The notes under the pieces: model-generated
The model's database searches: none
What the model was told of the DNA's origin: nothing
The model's input: the letters and a program-made list of their open reading frames with translations, nothing else
Shown: one piece after another, positions 12,905 through 25,981 of the stretch
Numbering within the stretch: position 1 is the stretch's first letter
How the letters are laid out: each line of letters starts with the position of its first letter
Assembly (NCBI RefSeq): GCF_964204645.1
Contig: NC_134025.1
Span: 12,586,001-12,650,000, forward strand
Direction: 5' to 3'
Source: Tubulanus polymorphus
Taxonomy: Eukaryota > Animalia > Nemertea
Length of the DNA: 64,000 bases
Made by a program: the position numbers and the translations under genes

Positions 12905-14210
12905 TCGAATCTTGCGCAAAAGGTAGAAAGTTTCTAATGTCCGATCGACAGTACCGGTAGCGCCGCTACTTAACAATAATAAGAACTAATGTTATTGACG
13001 ATGTTTTGTTAAGTGGAAAGACGCCGAGTACCAGTATATATCCGATAGGTACGAATCCCCAATTTCTTCGGGATGATTTGATTTTAAAATAGCGATCGTT
13101 TTAATAGATTTGGTGTACCTTATTAAACTTACCCACCGTCAACACACCTGCCGGATGTGAAACAGGGGACGTCCTATTCCAATTACGCTAAAGATTTTGT
13201 GTGAATTTTATTGTACTGTAACGGCGGTATGAATTAAATTCAGCTTAGACTGAGAGTAAAGTATTTTAAGGCAAACTCTAATGGGCTAACTGCACATCGT
13301 CGAAAGACTTCTCATCCATCGATACTTGATAAAAATGAAATAAAACATCTAGTTCCAATTATCTCATGTAAGCATAACATTTATTTTGAAAATCTCAACC
13401 ATACATCAAAACATTAAAGCCTTCTATATCAAATGCAAACTTTTGCTAACATAAACAATAGACAAATGGCCATATCTCTATCATATTAATTATATCACGA
13501 ATGCTAAATATTGCGATATTAATTGAAATCGTTCAACCAACAAATGAATTTAGTTAACATAATATCATCACAAACCATTCATATCCTTGGCAAAGGACTT
13601 ATAGGCTTTAATATCCAAACAGGAAAACTTTAGTCTCATTTCTATGCGAGTAGAAATACATTATCATTATAACATCCATATCTTTGCATTATATATAACA
13701 TCCATATCTGCGCATTATATATATGTTTATAATGTCATATCTCTTAATAATAATCAATCCAATAATTAAATTAATAATACTAATTTATTTATAAATGAAT
13801 AATTGATAACTCTGCTATAATTGAGTTACACATGAGGTAAAAAAATTATGACATAAAAACTCCTGTCAGAGTAATAGAAGTAACTGTCTAATACATGAAA
13901 TGACACATTTTATACAATGAACTGAGCTCTGAATCTGATGCAAATATTCAATCTGAGATCTTACGAATGATGTTATTTTAGCCCTCTACTTCTGAAAACT
14001 GAATAGCGCGCTGTGAACTTCAACTACAAAACAAATTTGTTGAACAGCAGTGTATCGAAAAACTGTACGTACAGTGTACCGCGAACTGAACGCGGCGTCT
14101 TCTCACTTAAAAAATTATCGACTTGACAGATTAGTTCGATTTTCGACCGCGGCGGCGCTATAGGACATTGGACAAAAGAAACTTTCTACCTTTTGCGAAT
14201 CTTGCACAAT
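12905..14210. mobile_element. Old non-autonomous TIR element immediately upstream of the CYP start codon
   Basis: 'cgcaaaaggtagaaagtttct..tgtcc...tagcgccgc' (~12915-12967) is inverted at ~14152-14196. Confidence 0.5.
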
Positions 14211-14220
14211 TTTGATTGAT

Positions 14221-16080
14221 GTCTGTCTGCAGAGTTTCCAGAACCTGTCATGTCAGGTCTGACCTGTCATGTCAGGTCCCGAAAAAACCCAAACTCATGA
14301 CAATATTTGACGAAACGGCGAAATATCTAGACACGTGCTAGACGAATGGAAGAACATTTCGAGTTGAATGAATATTCTGACCCGTCGTTAATATCGAAAA
14401 TGATTCAACAATAACGATAAGGAAATTGTTCTGACAAATAATTCATTTGAAAGGTTGATTTATGAGAAGAAAATATTTATGTGTAAACTATGACGTATTT
14501 CTGTATTAAAGGGAAAAAATAAGTTTCAGGCATAGATGAATTGATTAATGTAGAAGTAAGAGCACATTATAAGAGAATATTTTCGCTAGATGAATCGAGG
14601 TCTTGATATTTCGTTTCCGCAATAAGACACTGAAAATTCTCTGCTCACTATCACAGTTCGGCAACCCTCCTCACTGTCATGAAGTCTCACTATTTATATT
14701 CATTGTCTTTATGATGTACATGTAAAAGAGCCGAATGCAATATAGAAACTGATTTTATTGAGACTGATTTTAAATCTACTCATCAATTTAAAGCATGAAG
14801 TTTTTTTTTCTATTAATACCAGTTTTAATGCAGACCTGTCACCTCAGGTCCCGAGAAGCTCTGCAAAATGGCGCGAGCTGCCGTGTGAGGTCTCGCTTCA
14901 TAATTATTGTTTTATAGTAACTTAAGATTAACTATATCCGTGGTTAGCAATCTATATTATATTCATTGTTATAAAGATACCATAAAAAGAGAAGTTTTTC
15001 CCATTTCATCAGTTTTAATGCAGACCTGTCACCACACTGGTCTCGAGAAGCTCTGCAAAATGGCGCGAGCTGCCGTGTGAGGTCTCGCTTCATAATTATT
15101 GTTTTATGGCAACTTAAGATTACCTATATCCATGGTTAGCAATTTATATTATACTCTTTACTATAAAGAGACCATAAAAATTAAAGTTTTCCTTCATTTC
15201 ATCAGTTTTAATGCAGACCTGTCACCACAGGTCCCGAGAAGCTCTGAAAAATGGCGCGCGTTGCCGTGTGAGGTCTCGCTTCATAATTATTGTTTTATAG
15301 TAACTTAAGATTACCTATATCCACGGTTAGCAATTTATATTATACTCTCTGATGTAAAGAGACCATAAAAATTAAAGTTTTCCTTCATTTCATCAGTTTT
15401 AATGCAGACCTGTCACCTCAGGTCCCGAAGCTCTGCAAAATAGCGTGCGTTGCCGTGTGGGGCCTCACTAATTAATTAGTGTTATGTCTAATTTATCTAT
15501 GTCAACTTATAAGCTTGGACTGAAATGTTTTTAAATTGTATGTACACTTGGTTAATTAATTATATTGCGAGTAATTAATAATAATATATAATAATATAGG
15601 GCCTAATCTTAATGAGTATAATGATTGTTATTAATACTGATTATGATTACATAAGGCACTACTGGTATCATTTTGCCTGATCTTGATCTTTCGTGTTACA
15701 AAAAAATAAATTAATTGTAAACAATTCGTTCAATGTTCTCCAATAATTCACAATCATTCCATCTTTATTATTATAAGGCGATATAGTTCAACAACATTTT
15801 ATAAATGGACAAACATAAATTCTTAAATGAATTCATTACACATCATAGTTTGTTTTTTGTTTTTGAATAATACATTCAGAAAGCACTACGATATGTTCTT
15901 TGTGTTCTTATCGGCTATCATTTGTTCTAAATCCGCGCCTATCATATCTTCTAATCGCCTATCATCGGTTCAGTCATAACGATTTTCATTTTAGCGAATC
16001 GACCTGTCACCTGAGGTCCCACCTGTCATGTCAGGTCTTGGGCCCTGACATGACAGGTTCTGGAAACTCTGCAGATAGAC
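14221..16080. mobile_element. Non-autonomous TIR DNA element with an internal ~200-bp tandem array (14820-15470)
   Basis: TIRs gtct.tctgcagagtttccagaacctgtcatgtcagg / cctgacatgacaggttctggaaactctgcagatagac. There are four internal units starting 'cagttttaatgcagacctgtcacc'. Confidence 0.75.
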
Positions 16081-16389
16081 CTAAATGACAATTTTACAAT
16101 ATCTTGCGCGATGTTACATTTCCGGGTTTCCTTGTTTGACGTCATCGCAGTGATTCCGGGTTATCTGGAAGTGTTGCGGTATACTACGGTTAGGGAGTTC
16201 TTCTATTTTTCGCTTCTGACGCATGATTTAGGTTTGCTCCGTTCGTGCGGGACGCGTATACCAGACACTTACATTTGCAGTTTTATGAGAGTCTTTTATG
16301 AGAGACTACTCAGATTTTGGCCTTTTCATTATTCTTGTTTATGGCTGATCAGCTTCTTGTTGCGTTTGTCCTTGTATTCCTTGAAAACA

Positions 16390-17190
16390 GTATCTGGAAA
16401 GCAAACCAAACTAAATTCAATACTCTATAACATATCTTTCAATTTATTTTTAAGGGATAAATTTAAGAGCCCTTGGTTATCATATATAAAGAAAACGTTT
16501 GATGACTGTGGTTTGTCCTGCATTTGGACGCAGCAATTCATGACTAACAGTAAATCTTTTTCAAAACGAATAAAACAGATACTCCGTGACCAGCACCTTC
16601 AAGAAACTGTATCTGCCATAAATACTAATCCGATATACACTAACTTTAGGCAATATAAAAATGATATTAGGTTAGAGAAGTATATAATAGAACTTGGTGA
16701 CGACTTAGGAACTAGTTTATTTGAATTTAGGGTCGGGTCCTATATTTTACCTGTGAACAAATTTTCAAACCTTCATTTAGACAGAGCCGATAGAATATGC
16801 CCCACTTGTAATACTTTAGGTGACGAATCCCATTTTCTGTTTGACTGTACCTTACTTAACGAACAACGCAAAAACTTTTTGAATTTGAATACCTTTAATA
16901 CCCTTGATATTCTGAAAAACCCAACGGTCAACTTAGCTAAATTCATTAAGACCGGCTTAGATGTATATAGATCCCTCCAATAGTATATATAGTATTGTAA
17001 ATAGTTGATGTATATAATAGTATATATAGTATTGTAAATAGTTGATGTATATATATATTTCGTTACGTTTTCATTCTCTAAATTTTAACCACTTCAGTGT
17101 TGTTTTGTAAATATTTGTATATACATGTGTAATAGTTTTCCTCCATATACCATGGAAATGGTTGGAGTGTAAATAAATCGTAATCGTAAA
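16390..17190 (+). mobile_element. 3' fragment of a non-LTR retrotransposon (RTEX-like ORF2 C-terminus)
   Basis: 'SPWLSYIK...CGLSCIW...RICPTCNTLGDESHFLFDC' is the C-terminal CCHC region. It is followed by a 3' UTR, AATAAA and a short 'atcgta' repeat tail. Confidence 0.7.
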
Positions 17191-17230
17191 CATAAATCAA
17201 CGACTTTTGGCTATTAGCGGTACTTAAGAC

Positions 17231-20200
17231 CATTATGAGTTTTCCGGTTTGCTCGGCTACCCGTACTGGCGGGGTAGTCTAGAGAGGCCAATGAAAACTC
17301 CGGTTTGCTAAACCACCCCTCTTTGCGGGGATGCGGTATGATGTTTGATCTGACAGTTTCAAGTGGTTAATGGCTGTTTCAAGTGCTTACAACGATGCTT
17401 ATTACTTCGTGGTACATGGTGGTTTAAAAAAAGATTTCATAATAATACGCTCACCGCGTGGGCTTCGTGGAAAGACCTGTGACCTTCCCAAATTTTAATT
17501 GTCTTGTCCGATTTGGTTTCATCCAATTGAGAGACTGCCTTTTCCAGTTAGGGCATTTTTGGATCACGTCACTCCAGGAAAGGACTTAACGCTTTTGGGC
17601 CCCTTCGTCGGTTCCACATGTTTCATTTGAGCTATAGACCACAATGGTGACACCATGATGGTCAGTAACTGACCAATTGAGATATCCCCGAGTCTGAACA
17701 CTTGACTTCGAATTTCGGAAATTTATCATGTAATGTTTGTTTTCAAACTACTAAGGAATCATCATTGCAAATTCATCACTGACCATCACTGACCACCAAT
17801 GACCAATTCAAACTTCTCCAATATGAAAACGATATACCGCGTTATGGTGTCAAACTAGAAAGGATTCGCCATTGAAAATTCATAAATTGACCATCACTGA
17901 CCACCACTGACCAATTGCAACTTCTTGAAAGAACGATATACCGGTACCGCATTTGGTGTGAAACTAGAAAGGATTCGCCATTAAATTTCATAAATTGACC
18001 ATCACTGACCACCACTGCCCAAGTGAAACTTCTCAAATATCGTGGTCGAATTCGAAAGTGCTTGTCGTCGTATTGCTATTTCTAGAAACCAGCAGAAAGT
18101 TTTGCTACTGTTTTTGAATGGCGTTGACATGATGGAAATTTATTACCCATAAATGGGTTACACATCTGGATCACAGCACCTCACTTGCCGCAGTGCATTA
18201 TTTTCACTGCATAGTAATGCTAATACATAAACTTTTTTACTACTTGACTCGAATCATCTGAACAGTACTGCGTTTGAAAACTCAACGAATAGAAAATGTT
18301 TGCGGGAAGCGCCTACAAATAAGTTATAATAAGATTAATTAATCGATGCATGAAAAACAATTAAATCACAAGGTGACTAACACCCGTCTTTCAACCAATC
18401 TGCGCGATACCAATTAATTAAATCATTAAACGCATTTGGGTTCCTAATATTTGAAATCATGTGATACAATAGTTGTTCTTTAGACTTGGCCACTTTCATT
18501 TCAGAAAACCGCGTACTAGACCAGTGATCACCGAGGCAATAACCATTCCTTCAAGTTATGAAAATTCGATGGTAACGCGGATTCTTCGCCTCTAAAAACT
18601 GTTTCGTTAATAGTTTTCTTTATATGAAAAGTGTTCATAGGAATTGAAATTTGGAGCGATATCAGTCACAGCTGTAACCCTTTTTCATTGTCAGTTCTTT
18701 TTTGGAATTCAAGTAGATTAGTGAAAATATCAATGATGAAGTTCACTTATTATATCAAGTACCGTTTTTACTGTCGCATGCGAGTCGAAACAAAAAGATC
18801 TATCCAACTATATATATCTTCGGGTATAAACTGTGATATCCTTCAGTATGTTATGAATATCTTTAAAAATTTGTGTTCTAGTATAATACCCGAAGGTTTA
18901 ACTATCGGACACATAAAAGATTCGCCATAATCAAAGTTTTTAAGAAAATCTTTCTTCGAGAAAGAAAGATCTTTAAAAGAACGATTGGCGTCAAACTAAT
19001 CCATAATGGACTGTTGTGAATTTATTGAATAATCCACCTGAGAAATTTTAAGATTTCGAAGCGAAATTTATTCATATAAATCAAAAATGCATGAATAACT
19101 TGACGTTATTTGCGGGTCTCATGAAACACTTTCGTGCGCTCTTTTTAAATCTAAAATAGCATAAATACATGCGTGTTTCGTTATAAACACGGTTAAATTC
19201 CAAACGCACATGAAATATGGAGCCTGCATCACACGATATACACATCTTGAATTTTCTCTAACTACGTAGGCCCTTTCCAAATGGGAATTGTTCAGTTTTT
19301 TAACGGCCGACATTCAGAGGCACCTAAAAAAACCGGTTGTATAGCACTTGAGATTTTCAATGTAGGGCACATCTCACATCGACTCGGCTCGCGGTCGGTG
19401 GTTTAATGGGAACACAACTGGTTGTTACTAGTTTAACAGTTGACGAATTCAGAAAACTTTTTTCAAATGTCTTTGATAACTTTTTAAACATAGTATTCTT
19501 CTTAGTTACATTTCGCTGATTCCATAGATATTTTTTCATGAAAATTGCTCCAGTTATAACGGATTTAAACATACATGTAAAATGATTATTTTCAAAATAT
19601 TCTATTTTCTCCGATTTTGAAGAAATTCTGACACAATATCATCTCCACTCGACACATGATTTTACTTCGGCGCCTTTGAAGGGAGTGTCACTTGTTGTTG
19701 AGTTCATATTTAGTCAAACAAGAAGATATGCCTGATTCCTTTTTAGAATTTAGATTTCGACGGATATCATCAAATTACTAGAAAGGGACAGCAGCTTTCG
19801 GTCATCCGCAAAAAAATACCTAAAATGCTCTCCTAGGGTTATGGAAAAACATGTCACGAAACATACAGAAAATCCTTTGTTTGATAGACTGAAATAATTG
19901 AACTCTTAAATAGCAACATTCAGAGAAACAAAAACATAAGAATATATTCTCGCCCACCCTTTAAAAAAACAACGTGATTTCAATTGAAGATGACACGTAG
20001 CCTCATATCAAATGATATGAACGCAACAGAGCCTATTCATTCTCTTTACGAGGATGGGTCTCCACATTCATAGGATACGATACGAGATTCGTGGGTACGA
20101 ATGATGAATACAACTGATAAAGCGCCAATTTCACTGATTCTTGCACATAAAGGTGTTTTAGAGTAATCTAGTTAACAGGTGTGTTTTAGGAGTATTTTGA

Positions 20201-23089
20201 ATTTAAATTCAAATCGGGGTTCATGACGAACATTGAGCATTCTAGGGCTGGAGCAAGAAACGTGTGGGATCGTCCGCCAATGGTATCGCCAAAGAAATAA
20301 TAAGGAGCCAGTCCGTGGTGGCTATTGAAAGCAACGACCGCATGTGAATGCATTGATTGAATGACATCTCAAAAATCAGATTATATAATATTGAACATGA
20401 TATATGGATAGGTTATTCCATATACTGGTAAAAATGATGCCAAATATGTGATATAAATGTTCAATTAAAAAGTAGAAACCGAATCCATAATTCAGTCTGG
20501 TATTGTTATAACATCAAACACTCAAATTTAATCCTTTGTTAGATTGGTAGCCAGTGTAGATGAGCAAGAATAGTGGTCCCTAATTTTAATGTGGACTGTT
20601 CAACAAGTTGGAGTTTGTGTAGAGATGAATGAGTTTAAAATGGAGTGGAATTTAGATAATACTGTTTGAATGTCTATTACTCAATCTTTTTATTGATCAT
20701 AAAAAATTGTGGTAAAATATTTGACTCTAGGGTTGGTTTAAGATTGTATCTCTCCACGCCAGAGGTAACCACGGATATTGGACTACACAAAATTCCTTGT
20801 GTACAGCTCAACTTTTTAAATCCCTGGAAAAGCTCGCCACGGATATATCTCAGTAATGATTAATTTTCCCACAAATTCTCCCCTTCGAAAAACCTAAACA
20901 ACCAATGTAAGTTTGCCAATGCACTATTGTTACCTTTTCTAGCTATTTGCACTAGCTGTTTGTCGCAAATAGATTGCATCCTCTATTACAGGAGTAAAGG
21001 ATACAGCTCTGGGACCCGTTTCTCAAAAGATAGTTTAAATTAACCATCATCCAATATTATACATGACTAAATACACTGAAAAAGATCAACTATGTACACA
21101 TTTCAAATTTCAAACCATGTTTTATCATTAGAAAATTACGACACAACGTTCGATCTCTCACTAGAGATAATCTTTTTGAATTTGTACACTGATTTTTCGT
21201 ATCGTATTATCGTATTTTCAATTCTCTGCTTTTGAGTCAACAAGTACAAAGTTATTTTAGCAATGAAAATTTAATTGTCATTATAAATGTACTATCCACT
21301 GGTAAACTTACTAACTTTTGGCAACTGACCTTAGATCGTGGAATGGTCTCAGGCGGCCTGCTGATCCACTCTTTATTTATACTACTAAAGAAATATACAG
21401 TATAAGACGTAAAAAGTATATGAACATATTATTTATCTTTATGTCGCGATAATTCGTGTACGTATGATTGAAAAACGATATTCTATCGAATCTCATGGTA
21501 CTTATGATTATTGTGTATAGAATCAATAATTAGCAACCATCCACGGATACGAAGCGGCCTAAGTTTACATCCTACCAAAATTATCCTCGAAACTCTCAGC
21601 ATTATTTCAAGGGTCGGTCTTAGAAAATGTACGAAGGACGTGTTCACAGGTTAACGAGGCCAAAAATCTTCCCCAAAATTTCAAATTTTTACAAGCAAAG
21701 ATAATATACTTCATGCTTTTGGTGCAGAAAAAAATACATGTACACAAAATGCAAATTGAGTTTTCAAAGTAAACGATTGAGTGAGGAATTGTTTCGAATT
21801 CAAGGTTTTCCCATTAACAGTCCGGTATTTTTCAATAAGATAAGTCAAACTATTGTTGTGATGGCCAGTTGAATACTTCATCATTATATTGAAAGATATG
21901 TTATACTTAATGCATCCTTTCTTAGGCCTTACAGCTTTCTCTATTGGTTAGCGTTGTGATCACTCAAAATTAACCATAAGTTTGAATTCTCACTGATCTA
22001 CAACATCTCTATAACAAAAATATATTTCATATCAGGCAATTAGCTTTTATCTGTGCTCAGTGGACAGCAGCTACGAAACATTTTAAACTACTACATTATC
22101 ATTCCATCTATTCATGTATATATAATATGATATGATATCTTCTTTGTTCAGTTTAAAGGTCTTGATCGTAAAAGTTTGACAAGTCTCGCATGTTGGTACC
22201 GATACGCACGTTCACGCGAGTGAAATGTGCACGTTACAGGCTCAAATGCGCGCGTTACAATTACAAATGGAAACGTTGTTCGTTCAAAACCCTACGTAAA
22301 ACTCTTATGCATTTTAGCGGAATTTCAAAGTTAGCTCGCTACCTACAACAAAAATCGGACAAGACTTTTTCAAGCGACAAATTTAAATATAAGAGTTAGT
22401 AGTACTAACGAAGGATTCACTAAACATATAAATTACTTATGGGGGTTCTGGTTAGCACTGGTAACTGGTCTGTACTGGTCAAGCATTGGTCAGTTAAACA
22501 ATTCTTAGATTAATGCCCACATCATATCTAGTTATTTGACACCAAACAACTTAATTGTTTGCAAACAAATAATTTACTATATGGTCAGTACTGGTCATGC
22601 ATTGGTCAGTTAAAAGACCATGGTCCACGCCACATTTGATACCAAACATGATTGGATTGTGTCGTTTCGAAAATTTATCTGTTGGGCAATTTGTGGTCAG
22701 CCCTGGTTCGTTAGGTTCTTATTTTGCGGGCATTTTTTCTCGAACCACCGAAGGACCGAATCACTAATTAATTCACCAGATCGTTAATTGCTGAAAATGA
22801 AGATTAGTGTTTAACTAATAGTCCTTGTCTGAACAAAATGTCTCTGGTATGGGTCCTATGGAATCATGTCCTTAACTGTACACCGTACTGTATCTTTGTA
22901 CTGTATCTTTTTATGTTCACTACTATCGTAATTGACTATGATGTTTTCAAGTGGTCTTAAGTACCGCTAATAGCCGAAAGTCGTTGATTTATGTGAAATT
23001 TACATACAGCGCCACCCGTTGATAGTAAAACTAACCCGAGCAATACGGGTGTTAAATAGATACGCTAGCAAACCGGCATTCTCATAATG
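17231..23089 (-). mobile_element. CATT...AATG non-autonomous DNA element, copy 1 (5.86 kb), inserted inside copy 2
   Basis: Imperfect TIRs CATTATGAGttttCCGGTTTGCT / CATTATGAGaatgCCGGTTTGCT and subterminal TGACCA-rich repeats. Its flanks rejoin as family sequence 'cggtacttaagac|cactt' (compare 32040-32058). Confidence 0.85.
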
Positions 23090-25707
23090 CCACTTAAAAA
23101 CATCATAGTCAATTACGGTAGTAGTGAAAATAAAAAGATACAGTTCGGTGTACAGCACCATAGCACCCATATAATACCACATACATTTTATTCAGACTAA
23201 GGACTATTGGTTAACACTGATCTTCATTTCCATTAATTAATGATCTGTTGAATTAATTAGTAATTCAGTCTTTCGGTGGTTCGAGATAAAATGCCCGCAA
23301 AATACTAACGAACCAGGGCTGACCACAAATTGCCCAACAGATAAATTTTCGGAAACGACACAATCATGTTTAGTATCAAATAACTCGTGGCGGGGACCTT
23401 GGTCTATTAACTGACCAATGCATGACCAGTACTGGCTATATAGTAAATTATCTGTTTTGCAAACAATTAAGTTGTTTGGTATCAAATAACTAGATATAAT
23501 GTGGACATTAAACTAAAAATTGTTTAACTGACCAATGCTTGACCAGTACTGACCAGTTACCACTAACTAGAACCCACCATAAGTAATTTATATGTTTAGT
23601 AAAGCAATAAAATCGTGTTTGGGCGTCAAGCTACTAGATACGGTGCGGGCTATGATCTAACAACTATTTAACTGACCAATATTTTACCAATACTGACCTT
23701 AAAGTAATTTGTTTATTCTAGAAGCAACACAGTCGTGTTTGGTGTCAAATAATTAGAAATGGTGTGGGCTTTCATCTAACAACTATTCAAGTGACCAAAT
23801 CTTGACCAATACTGACCACATAGTTATATTTATCTGTTTCGGAGACAACTTAGTCGTGTCTCGTATCAAATAATTCCATTCGGTCTGAACGTAAATATAA
23901 CAACTCTTTTACCTGTACAAGCTACACCAGTACTGTCTAATTACCGGTTAAATGTTTTTAGAAATAACACGGGGTATTGCCTGAATCCTTCGTCAGTACT
24001 ACTCTTATTAAATGTGTCGTTTTAAAAGTCTTGTCCAATTTTCATTGTAGGAAGCGAGCTAACTTTGAAATTTCCCACTAAATGCAAAAGATTTTCACAT
24101 CGGGTTTTGGACGAACAACGTTTCGATTTGCAATTGTAACGTGCGCATTTGAGCCTGTAACGTGCACATTTCACTAGTGTGAACGTGCGTATCGGTACCA
24201 TTATGCGAAACTTGTCAAACTTTTGCGTTCAAGACGTTTAAACTGAACACTAAAGGAGATATAATATCATATCATATCATATCATATATATGAATAATGA
24301 ATAGAAGGAAGATAATGTAGTAGTTTTGAATGTTTCGTAACTGCTGTCCACTGACCGCAGATCATCAAAGTTAATCGCCTCATATGAAATATATATTCGT
24401 TATAAGGGATGTAGTAGTTCAGTGAGAATACAAACTTAGGGGTAATTTTAAATGATCACAACGCTGACCAATAGAGAAAGCTGTATCACAACAAAAGTGC
24501 GACTTACGTATCTTATTGAAACAATTGTAAAATACCGGAGAGTAAATGGGAGAACCGTGAATTCGAAACAATTCCACACTCGGATCGTTTACTTTGAAAA
24601 CACAATTTGCAATTTGTGGACATGCATTATTTCTGCACCAAAAGCATGAAGTATATTATCTTTGCTCGTAAAAATTTGAAATTTTGAGGAAGATTTTTGG
24701 CCTCGTTAACCTGTGAACACGTCCTTCATATATTTTCTAAGACCGATCTTGATATAATGCTGAGAGTTTAGAGAAAATTATGGTAGGATGTAAACTTAGG
24801 CCGCTTCGTATCCGTGGAAGGTTGCTAATTATTGATCTTATACACAATAATCATAAGTACGTAACATGAGACTCCATAGAATATCGTTTTTCAATCATAC
24901 GTACACAAATTATTGCGATATAAAGATAAATAGTACTCTAATATACTTTTTACTTCTTATACTGAATATTTCTTTAGTAGTATTAATAAAGAGTGGATCA
25001 GCAGGCTACCTGAGCCCATTCCACGATTTGAGGTCAGTTGCCAAAAGTTAGTAAGTTTACATACCAGTGGATAGTTAACATTTAAAATGACAATTAAAAC
25101 TTCATTGCTAAAAATAACTTTGTATTCGTAGAATAGTCACACTCAAATGCGGAGAATTGATAATACCATAATACGATACGAAAATTCACTGTGTACAAAT
25201 TCAAAAAGATGATCTCTAGTGAACGATCGAATGTTGTGTCGTAATTTTCTAATGATAAAACTTGGTTTGAGATTTGAAATGTGTACATAGTGGATCTTTT
25301 TCATATTAACAGTGTATTTGGTCATGTATCATATTGTATAATGGTTAATTCAAACTAACTGGTTTTAGAGTTGTATCCTTAAATCCTGTAATAGAGGATG
25401 CAATCTTTTTGCGGCAAACAGTACAAATAGCTAGAAAAAGCAACGATAGTCCATTGGTAAACTTAAAGCAAGCGTACATTGGTTGTTTAGGTTTTTCGTT
25501 GGGAAAATTAATGTTTAATCATTATTGAAATATCCGAGGCGAGCTTTTCCAGGAATTTACAAAGTTGAGCTTTACACAAGGAATTTTTTTGTAGTCCGAT
25601 ATCCGTGATTACCTCTGGCTTGGAGAGATACAATCTAAAACCAACCGTCGAGTCAAATATTTTACCACAATTTTCTATGATTAGTAAAAAGATTAAGTAA
25701 TAGACAT

Positions 25708-25981
25708 CAGGGCCGTCGGAACAGGGGCGGCAGGGGCGGCCAAAGCCGCTCCACTTTTTTGCATAATAAAGATTTTTTCAAAAGCACGCTGTACCGCATA
25801 GCAGCTCGTCGTTCTCTGTACTAGGTGGTTTGCTCACGACTTCTCATGCTTCTGTGAACATCTCCGTGAACATCTCCGAATCTCCGGCGATTGAATTTTC
25901 AAGATTTTTTCTAGGGGAGGGCCCCCAGACCACCCTTCAGAAATAAGCCTCGCCACTGAAAAATTCCTTCAGACGGCTCTG
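25708..25981. mobile_element. MITE inserted in copy 2
   Basis: TIRs cagggccgtc / gacggctctg. The sequence is absent from the homologous position of copy 1 (~20675), and 'gacat' occurs on both flanks. Confidence 0.65.

Noticed and set aside
16111-16390. N-terminal part of the 290-aa ORF as a real protein
   Set aside because: Only the part after ~16390 looks like LINE ORF2; the upstream part appears to be fortuitously open non-coding sequence.
18631-19572. ORFs repeated at 27016, 33638 and 34377 taken as conserved genes
   Set aside because: They recur only because they lie in copies of one repeat; there are no recognisable domains and their lengths vary between copies.
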